From NCBI GenBank assembly GCA_036396895.1, contig DASWKB010000038.1:13145-77144 (forward strand): a DNA stretch of 64,000 bases, given 5' to 3'. Numbering within the stretch: position 1 is the first letter of the stretch; each line of letters begins with the position of its first letter. Below are positions 58,400 to 64,000 of this stretch, piece after piece. Source of the DNA: a bacterium (lineage in GTDB: Bacteria > Omnitrophota > Gorgyraeia > Aquiviventales > Aquiviventaceae). The notes beneath the pieces were generated by a model that was not told the origin of the DNA, searched no databases, and worked only from the letters and a program-made list of their open reading frames with translations. The position numbers were made by a program, and so were the translations under genes.

Positions 58400-59884
58400 T
58401 CAGAACTGCTTCTTATACTTGAGAAACACCTCATCCAGCGGCGACGCCTTCGATTCGTTCGCCGCCGGGTCCGTGGTAACCGGCGTGGGGCGGACGTCCT
58501 TCTCGCCTTCGAGGGAGACCGAAGAGGTGCCGTCGAGCCGGTATTCCGCGCCCAGCCTGTGCGTGGTGGTCGGGGGCTGGAGCGAGGTCTCGGCCTGGGT
58601 CTGTTCGACCCCGTAGGTCGCCTTGAGTTTCCTGGTCACCGATGTCTCCACCTCGACCCCGCGAACGCCTTCGTCGTGTTTGAGCGCGACCGCGTCGATC
58701 CCGAGGCGCTGCGCCACGCGCCCGCCGAGTCCGCCGAAGAGGAAATAATCGATGAACTCGGAGGCGAGCTCTGGCGTCACCCGCCCCTCGGTGAGCGCCG
58801 TGGTGACTCCCCGCCACTCCTTCCCGGTCCCCAGCATGACGAGCAAGACCCCCTGCGGCTTCGGCGGCACCGAACTCAGCCGGAGGTCGGGCTTCTCCGG
58901 CGTGCCGCGCAGGCGGACCGTAATGGTGGTGTCGGCGATGCGCGCGGTCCCTTCCACATCCATCACCGGGCGCGTCGGCTCTCCCGCAAACTCCAGCCGG
59001 CTGTTTCGAAGCCGGAGCGCCGTCTGCCTGACCAGCGCTCCGCCGCCGGTCAGCTCGACAATCCCCCGCAGACCCGGCGGGGTCTTCGTCGTGTCAACGG
59101 CCAGGCGCAGCGTGACCGGCGCCTCGGTGACGGCGACCGGGCGGTGCGCGAGCCGCTCGATGTGCAGCCGGCCCATCACCACCGGCTCCCTGAGCGTGCC
59201 GGCGAGGCGGACATCGACGTCCCGAACGAGCCCCGTGACGCCCGGCAGCTTGTCTCCGGTGCCGATGAAGTCCAACACCTGCCGGACGGAGACCGTCTTC
59301 GAATAGACCCAGCCGTCCAGGCGGCCGTCCTCGATGGTCGCGGACACGACGACCGGCTCGGCTCCCGGCAGCCGGATGCGCGCGTTCTGCACAACCCGGA
59401 CCGAGTCGAGCGAGAGCGGCCACTCCAGATCGAGCCGCTGGATCTCGATGTCGGCCTCCTGAGGCAGCCCCCGCACGCCGCGCAGTCGCACGCCCGCAAG
59501 CGACACGCGGGATCCCGGCGAGCCGCTCGCCTCGCTCGCGGTGAACTCCCGCACGACGCCCGGCACATGCAGCGAGAGGTCCCGCATGGCGAATTGCACC
59601 GGCTTGCCCCCGCCGAGCAAACCGGTCGCCGCCAGATTCCCGACACCGATCTGCGACCCCGACGGCAGCGGCCCGGGCCCCTCGATGGCGAGCCCCTGCA
59701 GCGTCATCCCGTCCTGCAGCGTGCCCTGCGTGCCGGCGAGCTCGACGCGTGTCGCGTCCACCTGCCACGCGAGCCACAATCTGATGAGCGCCGACGATCC
59801 CGCGTTCGTCGCGACCGCGGCATACGCGCCGCCGGCCATGACGATGAGCCCCGCAAGTCCGAGCCAACCCAAGCGGCGTCTCAT
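58400..59884 (-). CDS. TamB-like (translocation/assembly module) domain protein, short form
   Basis: N-terminal anchor, beta-rich body, [21 protein letters not shown]-terminal YKKQF. Confidence 0.7.
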   Translation of the reverse strand: MRRRLGWLGLAGLIVMAGGAYAAVATNAGSSALIRLWLAWQVDATRVELAGTQGTLQDGMTLQGLAIEGPGPLPSGSQIGVGNLAATGLLGGGKPVQFAMRDLSLHVPGVVREFTASEASGSPGSRVSLAGVRLRGVRGLPQEADIEIQRLDLEWPLSLDSVRVVQNARIRLPGAEPVVVSATIEDGRLDGWVYSKTVSVRQVLDFIGTGDKLPGVTGLVRDVDVRLAGTLREPVVMGRLHIERLAHRPVAVTEAPVTLRLAVDTTKTPPGLRGIVELTGGGALVRQTALRLRNSRLEFAGEPTRPVMDVEGTARIADTTITVRLRGTPEKPDLRLSSVPPKPQGVLLVMLGTGKEWRGVTTALTEGRVTPELASEFIDYFLFGGLGGRVAQRLGIDAVALKHDEGVRGVEVETSVTRKLKATYGVEQTQAETSLQPPTTTHRLGAEYRLDGTSSVSLEGEKDVRPTPVTTDPAANESKASPLDEVFLKYKKQF

Positions 59885-62817
59885 CGCGATGCACCTTCTT
59901 CCGGCGCCGCCTCGCCCTCCAGGATCGCCACCGGCAGGTGCCGGAACACGGCGGCGAGCCTGAGCCCGTGCAGCCATGTGACGGGCGCGCTCTCGATGGT
60001 CTCCCCCGTCAGGACGCTGCGCCACCGGTGCGGCGCGCCTCCGGGCAAGAGCAGCGTGTCGGACCCCCACACCGGCTGCCCGACCGGAAACGGATGCGTG
60101 CCCGCCAACCGCGAGGCGAGCCTGGGCACCGCGGCAAGCACCCAGTGCGGCCCGTGAGACCTGACGAACGCGAACACATGCGCGCGATGGGTGCCGAGCG
60201 CCTCCAGCGGCCGGTACTGGCCGGCGCCCAGCGCGTCGCGCCGACGCTGCCTGAGCTCGAGCCCTTGCCGGATGAGCAGCAGCTTGATCGCGCCGGTCTC
60301 CCAGCGCGCCAAGAGCGCCTTGGCGGACGCCTTCAGCCGCTCCGAATCCTGCGCCGGGGGTAGCGCCGCCAGCTCCGACGCCCGGCGCGCGAAATCGACC
60401 GGCCGTCGGTTGTCCGGATCGACGAGGCTGTCATCCCAGAGCTCGGTGCCCTGATAAAAATCCGGCGCGCCGGGCGCGCAGAGCTTGACCGCCGTCTGGG
60501 CCAGCGAGTTGACCGCCCCGAGGCGACCGACGACGCCAGCCAGGCGCGCGACATCAGCCAGGAAGGGCTGCTCCTCCCCGGGCGTCAACACGGTCCGGAC
60601 GAACCGCGTGAGGACCTCCTCATAGGCGGCGTCCGGGTTGATCCAGCTCGTCCTGAGCTTGGCTTCGCGGACCGCCTTCGTCATGTACGCCGAGAGGCGG
60701 TCCGCGTAGTCCGGCGCCACGGCGGCGCCGCGGGCGCCGGCGGGCCAGGTGCCCAGCAGGGTCTGGTAGAACAGGGACTGCTCCTCCGGCCCCGGGACCG
60801 GGTCGCCGTCGACGACGCCGATGAGCTCCCGGTGCCACGCGCGCCAGCGCGTGAGCGCGTCTTCCCACTCATCCGGCATCTCCGAGAGCGCGTTCAGCCG
60901 CGCCCGGATGTCTTCGCTGCGCTTCGTGTCGTGCGTCGAGGTCGCCGAGAGCCCGTACGGCCAGCGCTCCGCCCGCTCGGCGAGCCGCTGGTGCGCGGCC
61001 TCGGGCGCGACGACGCCGTGCGCGGGCTCGCCGCCCACCTCATTGAGGGATCCGAGCGGGCAGAGGCGGTAGAACGCGGTGTCTTCCACGCCTTTGGCGG
61101 CGACCGGCGCCGTCAACTGCTGCAGGCGGAGCACGAACACCCGCCGCTGGGCGCGCTGCGCCTCGGTCAGCCCGTCGGGATCCTCCAGCAGGAGCACGGA
61201 CCTGATGAACTCGAACACGGACGCGCTCATCTCGGGATTGCGGCGCTTCGCCGCGTGGACGGCGGCGAGGATCGCCTGCGTGCCTTCCTCGTGCACCTCG
61301 GCCGCGCCGGCCCGGATGTACGTCCGGTACACCGGAAAGCACGCGATGACCTCCCGCAGGGCCGCGTGCAGGCTCGCAAGCGTGAAATCGCGCGACCAGC
61401 GATGCTGCTCGGAGATCCGGTCGAGCCGCCGGGCCAAGACGTGGAGCTCGCTCGCCATCGCCACCTCGAGCAGCGCCCTGCGGCTCTGATAATAGACGTC
61501 GCCGAAGTTCACCGGGCGCCCGGTCGCCGCGGCGTAGATCTCCTTGAGCCGCGTCCAGCCGGCGGCATCGACGAACAGCCCGTTGACCAGATTGAGGAAT
61601 TCATAGCCGGTCGTGCCGTGAACCGGCCACTCCGCGCGCAGGCGCTCCCGCGGCCCGAGGATCTTCTCGACGACGATGTAGCCCGCCCGGTCTCCGGCCG
61701 CGCCCGGCGCCAGGTGCCCGCCCTCCTCGAGGGCGCGCCGGCAGGCGTCCTGCAGCGCATGCAGGTACTGCTCGGGGTCGTACAGGCCGTCGGGGTGGTC
61801 GACCCGCAGGCCGTGCACGTAGCCGGCGCGGATCAGCTCGAGCACGAGGCTGTGGACGACCTGGAACACCTCCGGCTCCTCCACCCGCACGGCCGCGAGC
61901 TCATTGATGTCGAAGAACCGCCGGTAGTTGATCTCATCGGCCGCGACCCGCCAGTGCGCGAGCCGGTACGCCTGATCGGCGAGCAGGGCCTCGAGCCGGT
62001 CGAAGCTCTCCGGCTTCCCGGGCACGCCGTTGAGCGATTCGAGAACGCGCTCGAGCTCCCGCGACAGGTCCGGCGCCGCGCCGAGCAGCGCCGCGAGGTG
62101 CCGCTTCAGGACCGATTGCTCCCGGTGGCGCTCCCGGTTCCGCTCGGGATCGGTCTCGGTCCGCGGCGGCAGATTCCCCAGCCCGGTCAGGATGCGCTCC
62201 AGCTCCGCCAGCACCCGGTCGCTCTCGCCGAGGGCCGGACGAACGCCGTCTCGCAGCGGCTCAAGGATCCGCGCCCACGTGCGCGGGGCGAGCGGGAACC
62301 GCCGTCCGCGGTACCGGACGGCGAACGCCCCGTCCTCGTAGACGACCACGAGCTCTCCGCTCTCCAGCACCCGCCCGTACTGGTCGCCCAACACCGGCAG
62401 GAGCACCTTGTGCGCCAGGTCCGGCTTCGGGGGCGTCCAGTCGATGTCGAACATCTTCGACTCGGGCGAGCTGGACCCGTTCTCCAGCACGTCCTGCCAC
62501 CACCGGTTGGCCTCATCGCTGATGTCCATGTGGTTCGGCACGACATCGAGGATGAGCCCCATGCCGTGCCGCTTCAAGGTCTCGACCAGCCGGCCGAACT
62601 CCTCCATCGTGCCCAGTTCCGGATTCAGCATGGTGTGGTCCGTCACGTCGTAGCCGTGGCGACTGCCGGGACGGGCGCGGAACACGGGAGAGGCGTAGAG
62701 GTCGCTGATGCCCAGGTCGTGCAGGTAGGACACGAGCGCCGTCGCGTCCCGGAACCTGAAGGCGCGGGAGAACTGGACCCGGTACGTCGCCAGCGGCGCA
62801 TAGAGCGGCGCGATCAT
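59881..62817 (-). CDS. treY: Malto-oligosyltrehalose synthase
   Basis: [61 protein letters not shown]. Confidence 0.96.
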   Translation of the reverse strand: MIAPLYAPLATYRVQFSRAFRFRDATALVSYLHDLGISDLYASPVFRARPGSRHGYDVTDHTMLNPELGTMEEFGRLVETLKRHGMGLILDVVPNHMDISDEANRWWQDVLENGSSSPESKMFDIDWTPPKPDLAHKVLLPVLGDQYGRVLESGELVVVYEDGAFAVRYRGRRFPLAPRTWARILEPLRDGVRPALGESDRVLAELERILTGLGNLPPRTETDPERNRERHREQSVLKRHLAALLGAAPDLSRELERVLESLNGVPGKPESFDRLEALLADQAYRLAHWRVAADEINYRRFFDINELAAVRVEEPEVFQVVHSLVLELIRAGYVHGLRVDHPDGLYDPEQYLHALQDACRRALEEGGHLAPGAAGDRAGYIVVEKILGPRERLRAEWPVHGTTGYEFLNLVNGLFVDAAGWTRLKEIYAAATGRPVNFGDVYYQSRRALLEVAMASELHVLARRLDRISEQHRWSRDFTLASLHAALREVIACFPVYRTYIRAGAAEVHEEGTQAILAAVHAAKRRNPEMSASVFEFIRSVLLLEDPDGLTEAQRAQRRVFVLRLQQLTAPVAAKGVEDTAFYRLCPLGSLNEVGGEPAHGVVAPEAAHQRLAERAERWPYGLSATSTHDTKRSEDIRARLNALSEMPDEWEDALTRWRAWHRELIGVVDGDPVPGPEEQSLFYQTLLGTWPAGARGAAVAPDYADRLSAYMTKAVREAKLRTSWINPDAAYEEVLTRFVRTVLTPGEEQPFLADVARLAGVVGRLGAVNSLAQTAVKLCAPGAPDFYQGTELWDDSLVDPDNRRPVDFARRASELAALPPAQDSERLKASAKALLARWETGAIKLLLIRQGLELRQRRRDALGAGQYRPLEALGTHRAHVFAFVRSHGPHWVLAAVPRLASRLAGTHPFPVGQPVWGSDTLLLPGGAPHRWRSVLTGETIESAPVTWLHGLRLAAVFRHLPVAILEGEAAPEEGASR

Positions 62818-62821
62818 CGCC

Positions 62822-64000
62822 TCATGCCTCCTCGGCGAAGACGGCGCACTGATACGGCGCCAGGGGCCACTGCGCCGCGCCGGGCGCGGCGTCCTCCGGC
62901 ACGGCGCTGCCCGGCCCGGCCCAGCGCCACTCGGCGCTGTCGAGGCGCTTCCGCCACCGGCCCGGGGGGACCGGAACGCCGCGGACGGCCGGCTGAGCGC
63001 CGAAATGAAACATGAGGAACACCGATGAGCCGGGCGCTCCGCGGCGCGCGAGGAACAGCCGCGCCGCCTCCTCGACGGTGACGGCCAGGCCGTCGCGATC
63101 GGCGCGGGCCAGCGCCGGATGCGCCCGCCTGAGCGCCAGCGCCTCCCGGTAGAACTCGCGCAGCGCCCGGTGCCGGCCCTCGAGCGCCGGCGCCGGCGTC
63201 AACCGGGAGCGCCGGAAGGTGTCCTCCGCCTGGGGATCGGGCGGGCTCGCCTGCCAGCCGAACGCCGCGAACTCGCGCGAGCGCCCCTGCCGAACCGCCT
63301 CGATGAGCCCGGGATCGCCGTGCTCGATGAAATACAGAAACGGCGCCGTCTCCCCGTACTCCTCGCCCATGAAGAGGAGCGGAATGCCCGGCGCGAACAG
63401 CACCATGCCCGCCGCCAGCTTCAGCGCGTCGAACGGCGCGAGCGCGCTGAGCCGCTCGCCCAGCATGCGGTTGCCGACCTGGTCGTGGTTCTGCGAGAAG
63501 ATGACGAACCGGTCCGCCCCGCACGCGCGCGCGGGCGCGCCGTGCCGCCGGCCCCGGAACGCGGAGTGCCGCCCCGCGTACACATAGCCCTCCCGCCAGG
63601 CGCTCGCCAGATCCTCCAGCGTCCCGAAGTCCCGGTAATACCCCTGCCGCTCGCCGGTGAGCAGCGCGTGCAGGGCGTGGTGGAAGTCGTCGTTCCACTG
63701 GGCATCGAGCCCCCAGCCGCCGAGCTCGGCGGGCCGGATCGCCCGGGGATCGTTGAGGTCGCTTTCGGGGATCACGTGCACGGCGCGGCCGGCTCGTCCG
63801 GCCTCCGCATGCACCGCCGCTCCCAGCTCGGCGAGGAACGGCCTGGCGCTGACATCGAAGATGCCGTGGATGGCGTCCAGCCGGAGCGCGTCGACGTGGA
63901 AGTCCCGGACCCAGCCGAGGGCGTTCTCGATGAAGTACCGGCGCACCTCGTCGCTGCCCGGCCCGTCGAAGTTGATCGCCGCGCCCCAGGGACCCCGGTA
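62822..64000 (-). CDS. treZ: Malto-oligosyltrehalose trehalohydrolase, 5' end outside window
   Basis: [43 protein letters not shown]; adjacent to treY. Confidence 0.94.
   Translation of the reverse strand, partial: YRGPWGAAINFDGPGSDEVRRYFIENALGWVRDFHVDALRLDAIHGIFDVSARPFLAELGAAVHAEAGRAGRAVHVIPESDLNDPRAIRPAELGGWGLDAQWNDDFHHALHALLTGERQGYYRDFGTLEDLASAWREGYVYAGRHSAFRGRRHGAPARACGADRFVIFSQNHDQVGNRMLGERLSALAPFDALKLAAGMVLFAPGIPLLFMGEEYGETAPFLYFIEHGDPGLIEAVRQGRSREFAAFGWQASPPDPQAEDTFRRSRLTPAPALEGRHRALREFYREALALRRAHPALARADRDGLAVTVEEAARLFLARRGAPGSSVFLMFHFGAQPAVRGVPVPPGRWRKRLDSAEWRWAGPGSAVPEDAAPGAAQWPLAPYQCAVFAEEA

Noticed and set aside
58400-59884. Functional link between the TamB-like gene and treYZ
   Set aside because: Only a 4-nt overlap supports it; no TamA partner or mechanistic rationale is visible.

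Overview
High-GC bacterial chromosome segment with a diderm gene set (beta-barrels, TamB-like). It looks PVC-like or candidate-phylum-like, but taxonomy cannot be fixed from this window. Every credible gene except ino1 is on the minus strand. In window order: heme synthesis (hemY partial, hemD-hemE fusion), an AI-2E transporter, NifU, an asparaginase, ino1, a TPR protein with a cytochrome bd-superfamily gene pair, VIT1 and acs. Next comes a PFOR (nifJ)/group 3b [NiFe]-hydrogenase/hyp cluster with a HypA-HypF fusion, then pckA, a hemerythrin and two Crp/Fnr regulators. A ~15 kb cluster follows that encodes a candidate trans-envelope electron conduit: System II cytochrome c maturation, CbcL-like, ImcH-like and nonaheme cytochromes, cytochrome b, Rieske, an MtrB-like porin, an MtrA/DmsE-like cytochrome, a duplicated monoheme module and hemA. 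The window ends with a nitrosative-stress-like cluster (hemerythrin, NnrS, radical SAM, siroheme reductase), a TamB-like gene and treY/treZ. A recurring palindrome ATGAY-N4-(RT/CG)CA lies upstream of many redox operons, in three cases at a fixed distance from a -10 box. Several heptamer-repeat and palindromic intergenic elements are also present. All calls come from reading motifs by eye; no database searches were run.
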